DNA of 64,000 bases from Rebecca billardiae RCC1528 (taxonomy: Eukaryota > Protista > Haptophyta). Both the position numbers and the translations under genes were made by a program. The notes under the pieces are model-generated. The model had not been told where the DNA came from and ran no database searches. It saw only the letters and a program-made list of their open reading frames with translations. Numbering within the stretch: position 1 is the stretch's first letter; each line of letters begins with the position of its first letter. Location of the stretch: positions 1,612,001 to 1,676,000 of the forward strand of contig OZ251227.1 in assembly GCA_965240325.2 (NCBI GenBank), written 5' to 3'. Shown here in pieces: positions 1 to 11,809 of this stretch.

Positions 1-610
1 CATACGAACCGACGCCGCTCGCCTCCATGTACGTGGCCTCGCTCCCGGGCAGCGCCACACTGATGGGCAGCTTGCGCATGACCTGGCCGCGGGCGAGGGT
101 GGACCCCTTCTCCTTGTCAGCGGAATGGTCACCTCGGAAGTAGTATGTGCCGGCTCCGAGCTTCTGGCCGTCGGGGAGCTTGCACTCGACATTGAGATCA
201 AGCTCGAAGAGGATGAACGGGTATGCGGGCTCCTTGAGCAATCCCCAGATCCAGAAGCCGTCGCGGCGGTCGTCTGGGTCTTCGCTGAGTATCCAGCGAG
301 CCCTACCGCCCGGAATGACGGCAGGGCATTCGTCGACGCGGATGGCGCCCTGCGGGGGCTCGTACCCGGGCTCCTCCTCGAAGGACACACGGAGCGCCAG
401 CTCGCCACTCCCAACAATGGAGATGAGCAACGTGCCAGCCCAGAGCGGCTGCGCCGGCGCCGATGCAAGGATACGACTCCTGTGCGATGGGAGACGAACG
501 GAGGCGCGGCCGCGATGGCCGGTGATGGCAGCGGCTGACGCCACCCCCATTTGAAGCGACGCGATGATGAGCGCAGCGAGGGCAGCGCGGGCCGCCATCA
601 ATCCCATCAT
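1..610 (-). CDS. Hypothetical protein, probably plastid-targeted; runs off the window start
   Basis: Open frame from ATG 610 (MMGLMAARAALAALIIASLQMGVASAAA...) with signal-peptide plus transit-like N-terminus and a globular part (EPGYEPPQG...WILSEDPDDRRDGFWIWGLLKEPAYPF). Absent from the ORF track because its stop lies outside the window. Confidence 0.75.
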   Translation of the reverse strand, partial: MMGLMAARAALAALIIASLQMGVASAAAITGHRGRASVRLPSHRSRILASAPAQPLWAGTLLISIVGSGELALRVSFEEEPGYEPPQGAIRVDECPAVIPGGRARWILSEDPDDRRDGFWIWGLLKEPAYPFILFELDLNVECKLPDGQKLGAGTYYFRGDHSADKEKGSTLARGQVMRKLPISVALPGSEATYMEASGVGSY

Positions 611-765
611 CGCGATTCTCGCGCGCGACTGTCGTCGCGCGAATCCTCTGGAAGCTTGCACTCTGTTTCGTCTTTCGGCTGCTGACCAGGACGCGCGACT
701 GTTTCAAGCGTGCGGTCTGTCGACCGCCATCGCTGCCGGGTCGCGCGCCGCTGCAGCGGCGCGGC

Positions 766-1464
766 ATGCCGCCAAAGAAGGCTGCGGGCAAGGGGAAGGG
801 CAAAGAGAAGAAGAAAGGTGCGCGTTGCGCGATCGTTTGGTCTGCTGGTGCCTCCGGCGTGCGCGCTCCGCACCGCAGGCCACCCCTGACGCACAGACTG
901 CGCCCGTCCCTTGCCCGCACAGCCGATGATGGCGAGCTCACGACGGCTGACTTGCTGCAGCGGGCCGCACTGCGCATAGAGTCGCTCGAGCGCCAGCTCA
1001 TGTGGCGCGAGGAGCGTATGCTCCAGGCCATCTCCGCGCAGAAGGAGCTGCGCGAGCGCGTGCTGCAGTACCACACCGACTTTGCGTCTGAGAAGGAGGA
1101 GGTCTTCGACATCACGGCCGACATGACGCGCCAATACAAAGGGATGCAGGAGGAGCTCATGCGAAAGATCAGCTCGCTCGAGGCGACGATCAGCTCGCAG
1201 CGCGACGAGCTCGAGCTCTCGCGCCTCGCCCACGAGGAGACGAAGAAGGCGAAAGACCAGGTGATTGCGCTGAAGGACGCAGAGATAGCCGAGCAGAAGC
1301 AGAAGATGGAGGAGATGGCCATCGAGTTTGGCGAGATGCTCAAGGAGACGCTAGATAAGATGGGCGAGCGTATCGAGCTGACCAGCAACACATGGGAAAA
1401 TGAGACCGGCGCGCCAATCATGAACAGGCTACAGGAGTTCAAGCTGAACGTTGCCGACGTGTAA
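766..1464 (+). CDS. Coiled-coil flagellar protein, CCDC153/DRC12-like; in-frame intron 818-922
   Basis: MPPKKAAGKGKGKEKKK start, 105-nt GT..CAG intron, then coiled coil with DITADMTRQYKGMQEEL and MEEMAIEFGEMLKETLDKM motifs recalled from this family. Confidence 0.75.
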   Translation: MPPKKAAGKGKGKEKKKGARCAIVWSAGASGVRAPHRRPPLTHRLRPSLARTADDGELTTADLLQRAALRIESLERQLMWREERMLQAISAQKELRERVLQYHTDFASEKEEVFDITADMTRQYKGMQEELMRKISSLEATISSQRDELELSRLAHEETKKAKDQVIALKDAEIAEQKQKMEEMAIEFGEMLKETLDKMGERIELTSNTWENETGAPIMNRLQEFKLNVADV

Positions 1465-2239
1465 CGGCCCCAGAGTCTCGGACTCGGTCGGCCCCATACC
1501 ACTTGTACTGTCAGGCGTGAATCATGAATCTTGCCTGGGACTCCGCGGGATCGGCAGACCGACGATCCAGCCTTATGCTATAGTCACTGCTAGCCGTGTC
1601 AGTCAGCCTTGCACCGGTCGCCGGAGTGGACTACCCGGCACGGCACGGCACTAGCCACTACGGTCATGACTATGCCGAGCAGCCCGAGCCTCAGCCTCAG
1701 GCTCAGGGCAGTCAGCTGTCAGGCCGACCGCTAGGGCCGCTGATCCGTATCGCTCAGATACACGCGGACAGCGGCGTCGGCGAGGCGCCGTCGTCGGCTC
1801 GGTGAGGACTTCGGACTCGGACTCGGTCTCGGTCGGACTTAATTCTGAGTGACCGCACCGTGGCCGGGCTCGGGGCTGACTGTCCGTGGTGGCTCGTCGG
1901 ACGGGCGAGTCGGCCGCGGCCGCGTCGGCCGACCGCGGCCTGTCAGCCTCAGGCCCGGCCGACTAAACGCAGCGCCCGCGCCCCGGGCCTTGCAGTAGCT
2001 AGTGCTGATGATTGCACTCCGATCCGGTCCAATATCGTCACTACGGCATGGCGGGCTGGCGCCGACGGCATGCATCAGGCTCAGCGCATTGGCGGGGTGT
2101 GCAAGCGAGTTATACTATACCCAGGTGTGTTTGCTATAGAAGCCTTTCTATGGGAAAATTGAGGGGGTGGCGAATACAGCCTAGCTATAGGGTAGAGTGC
2201 ACCTAACTGACATGCCCCAACCATGATGATACTAGTACA

Positions 2240-3240
2240 TGCTGTGAGGATCAGCATGGCTGCCGGCTCTCGGTCTCGGCCAGCGACGAGGGGGGACGGG
2301 GGTGCCTATCCAACCTAACCAGCCAACCATGTTTCGGCAGCCAGCATGAGGATCAGCATGGCTGCCGTCTCTCGGGCTCGGCCAGCGACGAGGGGGGTGC
2401 CTATCCAACCTAACCAGCCAACCATGTTTCGGCAGCCAGCAAAGTGAGTAGGATCAGCATGGCTGCCGTCTCTCGGGCTCGGCCAGCAACGAGGGGGGTG
2501 CCTATCCAACCTAACCAGCCAACCATGTTTCGGCAGCCAGCATGAGGATCAGCATGGCTGCCGTCTCTCGGGCTCGGCCAGCGACAAGGGGGGTGCCTAT
2601 CCAACCTAACCAGCCAACCATGTTTCGGCAGCCAGCATGAGGATCAGCATGGCTGCCGTCTCTCGGGCTCGGCCAGCGACGAGGGGGGTGCCTATCCAAC
2701 CTAACCAGCCAACCATGTTTCGGCAGCCAGCATGAGGATCAGCATGGCTGCCGTCTCTCGGGCTCGGCCAGCGACGAGGGGGGTGCCTATCCAACCTAAC
2801 CAGCCAACCATGTTTCGGCAGCCAGCATGAGGATCAGCATGGCTGCCGGCTCTCGGGCTCGGCCAGTGACGAGAGGGGTGCCCATCCAACCTAACCAGCC
2901 AACCAAGTTTCGTCGCCAGCAAGTGCGAGCATGAGCAAGGCTGCCGGCCGTCCATGCGTCCCGTGCGTCCGCGCGGCCGCCGCGGCCGGCCGGCCTGGAC
3001 TCACGGGACGCGAGAGGGGTGCCCATCCAACCTAACCACCCAACCAAGTTTCGTCGCCAGCATGAGCGCCAGCATGGCTGCCGGCTCTCAGCCAGCCGGC
3101 TGGTCGTGAGATGGTTGCCCATCCAACCTAACCACCCAACCATCGTGGTCAGCATGCGCGAGCATCAGCATGGCTGCCGGCCCCCACCGAGCTTTGAGAA
3201 GTGGGGTGTGCCAACCTAACCTAACCACCCAACCATTTTC
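2240..3240 (+). repeat. Tandem array of ~95-bp units (6 near-identical plus degenerate copies) carrying CCAACCTAACCAGCCAACC
   Basis: ATGTTTCGGCAGCCAGC recurs at about 2329, 2424, 2525, 2620, 2715 and 2810. Confidence 0.95.
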
Positions 3241-4393
3241 TCGTGTGCGCGTTAGTTAGCGCACGTCGCACGAGCGCAGCTGGTCCGTGCGGTGCGGGAG
3301 CTCGTGCGAGCAGCCACACTGCGAGTCCAGATTATGGCGGCGGGGACGCTACCGTCGTTTTCGCGCCGCTGCCGCTGCAACTGCTGGAGCGGCACCACGG
3401 CGGCTCGCCGCGCGGCGCCGGCGCTGCTCGCTCGCGGTCTGGCACGCTGGAAGAAGTCGTGTGCGGATTGTTGTTGACAGACGCAAAATGGGGCGCGGGG
3501 GCGGGTGGGGCAGCTCGAGCCAGCTGACGCGCGGCATGCATCATGCACAGCGGGGAGGTCTGGGATGCACACCTCTCGTGCTGTGATCGAGGCGCGCGCA
3601 GCCCCGCGGAGGCCGCGGACGGCGTTCTCAGTAAGCCGCTGGCAGCAGCAGTGCGTGTCCGGCAGCGGGGAACAAAATGGGGGCGCGGGGGCCGCGGCAC
3701 GTGCGCCCTCGCGAGCGCCCGCATCGAGAGCATCGCGTCTTTGCCGCTCCTGGCGCAGCCACTACCGCGCCCGTCCCGGCGCTGCGCTGGCTCGGGCGGC
3801 GCGGGCGTCGCTAACGCCGATTCGCTTGATTGATGAAAGGCCGCGAGTCCGCTCCGCGACGAAACTTGGTTGGGTGGTTAGGTTGGATGGGCACCCCACG
3901 TTCGTCGTCAGGCGGCAAAGCGGCAGCCATCTTTATTCAGATCACATCATCAGCGCATTGTTTTAATGTTTTTGAAATGCTTTTTTAAGATTCTTAGCTA
4001 GCACGGGTGACGGGTCCGGTAATCGCTGTCCGGCTGGGAAGGTTAGCTGGTTAGGCACCAGCCGGCTGTCCGGTGAACTTGGTTAGGTCCGGTAGCGCAG
4101 TCCGGCTGTGATGGTTGGGCACTGGCTCTCTGTCCGGCGACCTTGGTTAGGTCCGGTGATCGTAGTCCGGCTGGCCACTCTTGGAATGGTTGGGTGGTTA
4201 GCCGCTGTGGAAGGACGTTTTTGGGCCCCAACCAAATGTGGTGAGTAACCTGCTTACGGAAAAAGATTACTCCGGTGTGACTCGCTTCCATGGTCCATTG
4301 GCGCGCTGAGTCTCGGATGAGTCAATGATGAGGTACTATTGAGAGTAGCTATGCGCCTATATATGACACGCGTGTATGTAAATAAAATCGTGA

Positions 4394-4395
<2 letters not shown>

Positions 4396-4441
<46 letters not shown>
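4396..4441. repeat. (TA)n microsatellite
   Basis: Direct reading. Confidence 0.95.
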
Positions 4442-4443
<2 letters not shown>

Positions 4444-4597
4444 ATCAGTGACTGATCTACGGCCTACAGAATAAGTACAGAGTAACTACAGAGTACAGAC
4501 AGACACATACAGTAATACACATGAAGTACATGCCCGAGCATCGTGGGGTAAGCAGTCAGAGCAGATCCAGAGGCTCTAGGTGCGCAAGCTGGGCGTG

Positions 4598-5620
4598 CTA
4601 GTCCACAAAGCCCGTCGCTCGCTCGGGCGCGACTCGGCGCATGCCTGTCTTGCCGCCGCCCACGCCGCAATGCAGCCTCGGCGCCATCGGGATCGGAGGC
4701 AGAACCGCGTGCGACGATTTGTGTCCGTGCGCTGCGAGCGGCGAGGTGCGCCGACCACCGGGGCCGACGGAGCGGTCGATCGCGAGCGGCATCACGCAGC
4801 CGACCCACACGTCCCGGAACGCGCTCTCATCCGACGCACGCAAACGCGCCCCCAGCGCACAGCCCGCCAGCAGGAGCTCGAGCGCACGCGCGCGCGCCGG
4901 CCGCGGGAAGAGATGCGCGTTGGCAGGCGACCACGGCTGCGTGGCTGCGACAATGACGTGGGCGGCCGAGCCCGGCAGCGCGCCCCGCTCGCAGAGGCGG
5001 CGGGCCGTCTCGAGGGGCGTGTACGCCGGCTCGACCGTCAGGCCGATGCGCGCCGCCATCTCGCGCACGTGCGCCGGCATGGGCGCCGCAGGCAGGTGGC
5101 AAGGGTCTCGGCCGTCGCGCAGCGCGCACTCGACACGCTCGGCCGAGAGGTGCTCGACGTAGTGGAGCGGGTAAGAGACGGGCGAGCTCCACCAGTTGGA
5201 CGCGCAGAACAGGAGGAGCACGTCTTGCTCGCGCGCGCGCATCCGCATGCCGCTGCTGCCGTCCGCACCATGTGCCAGCAGCAGCAGCACGATCCTCGAA
5301 TGGCCGCCCGCGGCAGCGAGGGAGATGGGCGTCGCGCCACCACGGTCGTCCGAGGGGTCGAATGCCTGGATGTTGACACGGGCGCCGTGTTCGAGGAGGA
5401 AACGTGCGGCCTCGTACTGCCCGTGCTCGCACGCAACGTGCAGCGCCGTCATGCCAGCGCCCTCGCCACCGCCCGCTTTCCAGGACTTGCCCGCGTTCAC
5501 GTCGAAACCGCGCAAGATCAGATCGGGGAGGAGGTCGACTCGGCCGTCGCGAGCGTGTCGCATGAGCGGTGTCAGGGGCTGCCGGTCTAGCTCCATCGCC
5601 AGCCGGCGCTGCCGAGGCAT
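4598..5620 (-). CDS. Ankyrin-repeat protein
   Basis: GMTALHVACEHGQYEAARFLLEHGARVN and GATPISLAAAGGHSRIVLLLLAHGAD ankyrin repeats; C-terminal PWSPANAHLFP motif. Confidence 0.85.
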   Translation of the reverse strand: MPRQRRLAMELDRQPLTPLMRHARDGRVDLLPDLILRGFDVNAGKSWKAGGGEGAGMTALHVACEHGQYEAARFLLEHGARVNIQAFDPSDDRGGATPISLAAAGGHSRIVLLLLAHGADGSSGMRMRAREQDVLLLFCASNWWSSPVSYPLHYVEHLSAERVECALRDGRDPCHLPAAPMPAHVREMAARIGLTVEPAYTPLETARRLCERGALPGSAAHVIVAATQPWSPANAHLFPRPARARALELLLAGCALGARLRASDESAFRDVWVGCVMPLAIDRSVGPGGRRTSPLAAHGHKSSHAVLPPIPMAPRLHCGVGGGKTGMRRVAPERATGFVD

Positions 5621-5798
5621 GGTGTATCAACGCTGGGTCCAAGGGCCCCAACTGTTGCGGCTTGCTCACCTTGCTGGGCGACCATGCGCAGGCGGACGAG
5701 CAGTACCCGCTGAGGTGAGACTGTGGAAACCCACTGCCACCGTCACACAAGGCAAATATTTTGGGTTTAGGCTAATTTGCGGGGATAAGGATGGCGTC

Positions 5799-6171
5799 AG
5801 AGGGGGAGAAGGGGGAGAGAAGGGGGAGAGAGGGGGGAGAAGGAGGAGGAGGAGGGGAGAAGGAGGAGAGAGGAGGGGAGAGGGAGGGAGAGGGAGGGGA
5901 GAGGAGGGGAGAGGGGAGAGGAGGGGAGAGGGAGGGGAGAGGGAGGGGAGAGGAGGGGAGAGGGAGGGGAGAGGGAGGGGAGAGGGAGAGGGAGGGGAGA
6001 GGGAGGGGAGAGGGAGAGGGAGGGGAGAGGGAGGGGAGAGGAGGGGAGAGGGAGGGGAGAGGGAGGGGAGAGGAGGGGAGAGGGAGGGGAGAGGGAGGGG
6101 AGAGGGAGGGGAGAGGGAGGGAAGGGAGGGAAGGGAGAGGGAGGGGAGAGGGAGAGGAGAGGGAAGGAGGG
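5799..6171 (+). repeat. Polypurine (G/A-only) low-complexity tract
   Basis: About 370 bp of GAGGGGAGAGG-type units. Confidence 0.95.
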
Positions 6172-6539
6172 CACATGTCAGAGAGAAGACAGTGCGCATG
6201 CTGCCGCGCAAACGCGGCGGATGGTTGGTGCGCTGCGCTGCGCGAGCGTGCTCGCACCATGCTCAAGTCTGGAGTACGTATGGGCAGGATCGTCGTTGCG
6301 CGCCGAGTAGGTTGCAGCGTCTGCAGGTAGAGAGGGCGTGCTGCACGACTGCCACTTGCGCCCCTGCGCCATGTAGATGGAGAGCACCTGCCTGCGCCCA
6401 CCTGCACGGCAGCACAGGACACAAACACGCGGTGCACACGGCGCGCACACACGGCACGGCAGGGTGGTGCTCTCGCGCGCACCTGCGTTCGGGAAGCGTG
6501 GTGGCACGGGGAGAGCGGATCGATGCACCTCAGTTCACG

Positions 6540-8500
6540 CGCGCCGAGCTCTGCCCACGCCGCCGCAGCCCGCTCTCCGCCGAGCCCGTCGTCACCGTAG
6601 CCGTGCGGCGCGCGCGCTCGGCTGCACAGCACGGCGCGCCGCGCGGCGCTGAGGCGCGCGGCGCGCCGCCGGCCGCGCGCGCCGCGCCGAGTCCGAGGAC
6701 GGTGCCGAGCGCGGCGTCACGCAGCGCGACGTGGTCGATGCGCCTCCGTTCGTGCGCGCCGAGCTCCGCCAACGCCGCCGACACGCGCTCTCCGCCGAGC
6801 CCGTCGTCACCGTAGCCGTGCGGCGCGCGCGCTCGGCTGCACAGCACGGCGCGCCGCGCGGCGCTGAGGCGCGCGGCGCGCCGCCGGCCGCGCGCGCCGC
6901 GCCGAGTCCGAGGCCGGTGCCGAGCGCGGCGCCACGCAGCGCGACGTGGTCGATGCGCCTCCACTCGTGCGCGCCGAGCTCCACCACCGCCGCCGATGCC
7001 CGCCCGCCGCCGAGCGCGTCACCGTAGCCGTGCGGCGCGCGCGCTCGGCTGCACAGCACGGCGCGCCGCGCGGCCCTGAGGCGCGCGGCGCGCCGCCGGC
7101 CGCGCGCGCCGCGCCGAGTCCGAGGCCGGTGCCGAGCGCGGCGTCACGCAGCGCGACGTGGTCGATGTGCCTCCGTTCGTGCGCACCGAGCTCCGCCAAC
7201 GCCGCCGCCGCCCGCTCTCCGCCGAGCCCGTCGTCACCGTAGCCGTGCGGCGCGCGCGCTCCGCCGCACAGCACGGCGCGGCGCGCGGCGCTGAGGCGCG
7301 CGGCGCGCCGCCGGCCGCGCGCGCCGCGCCGAGTCCGAGGACGGTGCCGAGCGCGGCGTCACGCAGCGCGACGTGGTCGATGTGCCTCCGTTCGTGCGCA
7401 CCGAGCTCCGCCAACGCCGCCGCCGCCCGCTCTCCGCCGAGCCCGTCGTCACCGTAGCCGTGCGGCGCGCGCGCTCGGCCGCACAGCACGGCGCGGCGCG
7501 CAGCGCTGAGGCGCGCGGCGCGCCGCCGGCCGCGCGCGCCGCGCCGAGTCCGAGGCCGGTGTCGAGCAAGGCGCCACGCAGCGCGACGTGGTCGATGCGC
7601 CTCCGTTCGTGCGCGCCGAGCTCCGCCAACGCCGCCGATGCCCGCCCACCGCCGAGCCCGTCGTCACCGTAGCCGTGCGGCGCGCGCGCTCGGCCGCACA
7701 GCACGGCGCGCCGCTGAGGCGCGCAGCGCGTGGCCGGCAGCGCGCCGCCGGCCGCGCGCGCCGCGCCGAGTCCGGTGCCGGTGCCGAGCACGGCGCCACG
7801 CAGCGCGACGTGGTCGGGAGGCTCAGCTCGTGCGCACCGAGCTCCGCCCACGCGGTCGACGCCCGCTCTCGAACGAGGCCGTCACGGCCGCCGTGCGGCG
7901 TGCGACCTCGGCCGCGCGGCCGCGCACGTCGAGGCGCGCTGCACGGCCGCGGCCGCGCGCCGCGCCGAGTCGGAGGTCGGCGCCGAGCACTGCGCCGCGC
8001 CGGCCGCGCCGAGAGAGGCGGACGACATCCGGCTAGCCAGGCACGCCGATCGTCGCCACCGCCGTAGAAGCCCGCTCGCCGCTGAGTCCGTCACCGTAGC
8101 CATGCGGCGCGCAAGCTTGGCCGCGCGGCACGGCGCGCCGCGGTGCGGCGCCGGCCGTGCGCGCGGCGTGCTGGGCCGAGTCGGCAGCCGGGGGCGAGTA
8201 CTGCGCCGCGCCGAGAGGAGCGGGGCGCCGAAAGATGCGGGCGATGCACCGCCGGCGGAGCACGCCGATCGATCGCCTCCGACGCCGCCGAGTCTGCCAC
8301 AGCGGTAGTGCTGCGCGTGCGATCACAGACGCAAAGCCGCTTGCGCGCGCGCGGCGCGCTTGACCAAGTCGAGTCCGATGACGGTAGTGGCTGCGCGGCC
8401 GCGCAGAAAGAACGAGCCGATGCACTTCAGGTCGTGCACACCGATCTCCGCCGACGCCCGCTCTCCGCCGAGCCCGGCACCGCCGCCCGGCGGCAAGCCG
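6540..8500. repeat. Tandem array of ~215-bp GC-rich units (about 6 conserved, then degenerate)
   Basis: GTCACCGTAGCCGTGCGGCG recurs roughly every 212-215 bp from ~6590 to ~7665, with diverged copies at ~7880 and ~8090. Confidence 0.9.
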
Positions 8501-9179
8501 AGCTGCTCGGCGCGGCGCGGCGCGGCGCGGCGCGGCGCGGCGCGGCGCGCCGAGCCACGGCGCCGCCCGTCGGCGGGGCGCGCTCAGCCGAGGCGAGGAT
8601 GATGCAGATGGCAAGTAGACTGCCATGCAGAAAGAAGCGGTCGACGCGCCTTGGGATGTGCGCGCCGAGCACTGCCGCGTGCGGTTGTGCTGGACACGCG
8701 TCGCCGTCGGAACCGTCGGCGTGCCAGCAGGAAGAGCAGGAGAAGGGCAGGAAGAAGGGCAGGCCCGCATGACGTGTATCGGAGGGCGCGGCGTGCTCAG
8801 CTTGGCGGCGTGCCGCACCGACGGGCGGAGGCAGGCGAGGGCGAGCGCCGGCGGCGGTTGGGGGCGCCGCGCGCGCGTGCGGAGGTCGCCGACCGAGGGG
8901 TGGGGCCGTCGCGGGCGCTCTGTTCTCGGCTGAATTCAAACTCCAAACCGCAGTCGTCGATTCAAAATCACTACGCCACCTGGTTATTCGGACTCTTCCG
9001 GACTTTGAACCCCTCGAACCCCGACCGGGTTGAACCCCCTCGTCGAGATCGAACCCCCAGTCTGAGATTGTCCCCGACAATAGGAACGCTGCCCCCTCCG
9101 CCGAACCCCTTCTTGTCCCCGGTACCACAACTATCGTACGGTAATTCGTCAAAAAGCCAAAAGGCGTCGAAAAGGCACG

Positions 9180-10670
9180 ATGGCGGCGCCCCACTTCCTC
9201 GTCATCATCATTGCTGCAGCATCATCATCATTGCTGCACGCGGCTGCGGCCTGTGCGGCCAATGCAGCCACAGCTCGGATGATGATCTCTTCGCGCCCTA
9301 TGCCTCTGGTCGTGCACGAGGCTGGTCGATGCACTCAGCATTGCGCGCGTCTGCGCTCTAGGGCGCTGCCGCGGCCACCGTGTGCCGCCGCGCGCATGGA
9401 TGGCACGCGTGACGAGGACGGCACGGTGTTCGGATTGCCGCGCGTGGACGTCGCCGAGCCCCTCGGGCTGCTGCTCGCGTGCCAGCTCGTACTCTTCGTC
9501 GGCGTGGGCGCTGTAATCCCCACCCTACCCCTGTACGGCAAGGCGATCGGCCTGTCCTCGTCTGTCAACGGCATCGTGATTGCGGCGCCGGCGGCGGCGC
9601 TGCTCGTTGGCGCAGCACCGGCGGGGTCGTTTGCAGACCGCGCGCGCAAGCCCGCGATGATCGGTGGCATGCTACTCACCGCGCTCGCCGACGCGGGCAC
9701 CGCCGCCTCGCGCTCGCTCGTGCCTCTGCTGGTCGCGCGCCTTGCGCTCGGCGCCGGCCGGTGCATCTCAGAGTCAGGCGAGCGCGGCATGCTGGCTGAC
9801 CTCGCCGGGCGCGCGCCTGAGCTCCGAGGGCGTGCGCTCTCCGCGCAGCAGGCGGTGTGCGCGCTCGGCATCGCCATCGGCGCGCCCATCGGCGGCGCGG
9901 TCGTCGACGTCTTCGGCGCGCCGGCCGCCTTCCTGTGCGTCTCGGCCGCGGCGAGCGCGTGCGCTCTGGGCTACGTGCTGCTGCCGGAGACTCTGCCCGC
10001 GGTGGCGGAGGCGGAGGCGGCCGCGCCTGCGCCGCCCGAGGTGGACGTGTGGGCGACGTGGGGCGAGCTGCTGCGCGACGCGCGATGGCGCGGTCTTGCC
10101 GCGTGCGAGATGGGCGCTCGCGTCGGCTTCGCCGCCAAGGTCGCAGCCGTGCCGGTGCTGGCGGCGCGCGTGCTGCCTGGCGGGGTGGCGGGCGCGGGCG
10201 CGCTGCTCTCGGCGGCCGGGCTAGCCGGGCTGGTTGGCGCGCCCGTGGGCGGCTGGCTCACCGACCGTGTGGGCGCGCGCGCCACGGCCGGTGTGAGCGG
10301 CCTCGTCTCTGGCGGCGCGCTGCTTGCCATCCCGCTTGCCCTCGGCGCGGGGCGCGCCACCGCCGATGTGGACGGCCCGCTGGGCGGGCTGAGCGTGGGC
10401 GGGGCAGCGTTTGCCGCGCTCGTCGTGCTGTGGGGGATGGCCGTTGCGGCGCAGGGCCCGGCGCTCACGGCACTTGGGCAGCAGCTCGCGCCCAAGGACG
10501 CACAAGCCACGGCGCTTGCCTTTCCCCGCGCGGCAGCCGACGGCATGTACGTGGTCGCTCCGTTCGCCCTCGGCCTCATTACCGACGCGACGTCGACAAC
10601 GGGCGCCGAGTGTGGCGCGGCCGGGCTGGCTGTGGGGCTCGGCGCGATGGCGCTGCTCGTGCTGTCTTGA
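9180..10670 (+). CDS. MFS transporter (DHA1-like) with N-terminal presequence
   Basis: About 12 hydrophobic segments; motif A variants GSFADRARK and GWLTDRVGAR; GIAIGAPIGG motif C; signal/transit-like N-terminus. Confidence 0.9.
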   Translation: MAAPHFLVIIIAAASSSLLHAAAACAANAATARMMISSRPMPLVVHEAGRCTQHCARLRSRALPRPPCAAARMDGTRDEDGTVFGLPRVDVAEPLGLLLACQLVLFVGVGAVIPTLPLYGKAIGLSSSVNGIVIAAPAAALLVGAAPAGSFADRARKPAMIGGMLLTALADAGTAASRSLVPLLVARLALGAGRCISESGERGMLADLAGRAPELRGRALSAQQAVCALGIAIGAPIGGAVVDVFGAPAAFLCVSAAASACALGYVLLPETLPAVAEAEAAAPAPPEVDVWATWGELLRDARWRGLAACEMGARVGFAAKVAAVPVLAARVLPGGVAGAGALLSAAGLAGLVGAPVGGWLTDRVGARATAGVSGLVSGGALLAIPLALGAGRATADVDGPLGGLSVGGAAFAALVVLWGMAVAAQGPALTALGQQLAPKDAQATALAFPRAAADGMYVVAPFALGLITDATSTTGAECGAAGLAVGLGAMALLVLS

Positions 10671-11809
10671 CGTTGAAAGGGGTACCGTGGCCTTGCCTGT
10701 TGCCATCATCGGACTTCGTCACCAGATACGAGTCATCGTCGCACTCATATATCAATCATCAGCGCGCATCATCGTCATCATAGCAGTATATATATCATTA
10801 CTGCTCGTTCTCGCCCGCCATCTCGCGGTTTCTCATCAACACCTCGGAACAGACAATATATCACATTTTCACTCTGCACGCCGGCCGAGTGCTGTCTGAC
10901 TACTGCCAGCTCGCGTCGGAATCCGAAAGGGAATCCGATCAGCGGATCAGCCCGACTCGCCGAGTCGCCGATGGCGATGGCACGTGACTGTGAGTCGTCG
11001 TGACGACGGTCGTGACCGTATAGCTAATTACAGTAGGTACTACTCATCGGTACTCCGTGAATCCTCCGACAGAGCCTCTGTGACTCCGTCCCCGTCACTC
11101 GTCAGCGTCTCCGACTCCGTCAACTGTCTGAACTGAGTTACTGACTGTCTCCGAGTCCGACTCAGCCTCCGCCTACTCCGTAGCCCGCACGCGTATAGCT
11201 AAGCTACTGCTAGACTATAGGCGTGAGCCGTATTATTCGTAGTAGTCCGGACGCACTGAATCAACTCACAACTGCCGACGTGAGTACGAGTGCCGCAAGG
11301 GCAAGGCCCTACAGTACTGTAAAGGCGCGAGGCCGCCGAAGCCGCCGCAGCACACTCAAGTCTCAACTAGCTAGTTACTAGACGAGGTACTCTTAGCGGT
11401 ATCGTCAAGCGACTGATGCCGCTGACTGAATACAGAATCAAAACGCGCGCGCGTCATCGTCGACGTCACATCGTCATCGAGTCACCGGCCGCCCGGCCGG
11501 GCGAATATAAACGTTCGCTCTGGCCATCCGCATTGATTCAGAATGAATTTATGGAATATTGAATAATCATATATTGATTCTGCCGCCAGCTGCATTGGCA
11601 GCTGAGTGGCACGGTGACACGAGTGCGGAGTCTGCGGACGAATCATCTGCGCGGATATATATTTATAATATTGTTCTGACTCCATGACGCCATATATATT
11701 ATATTGACGGTACCTTATTGGCGGTGGTATATATTCATATTGGACCAAATTAAATAATTGGACGCGGTCGGATTCACGGGTACACGGGCACGGCCCACGG
11801 GGCCACGAC

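Noticed and set aside
2240-3240. CRISPR array or telomeric repeat
   Set aside because: Whole 95-bp units are repeated with no unique spacers and no cas genes; CCTAACC is not a tandem telomere repeat here.
5196-6815. ORFs across the G/A tract and the 215-bp array
   Set aside because: Translations of low-complexity or tandem repeats; the unit length breaks frame.
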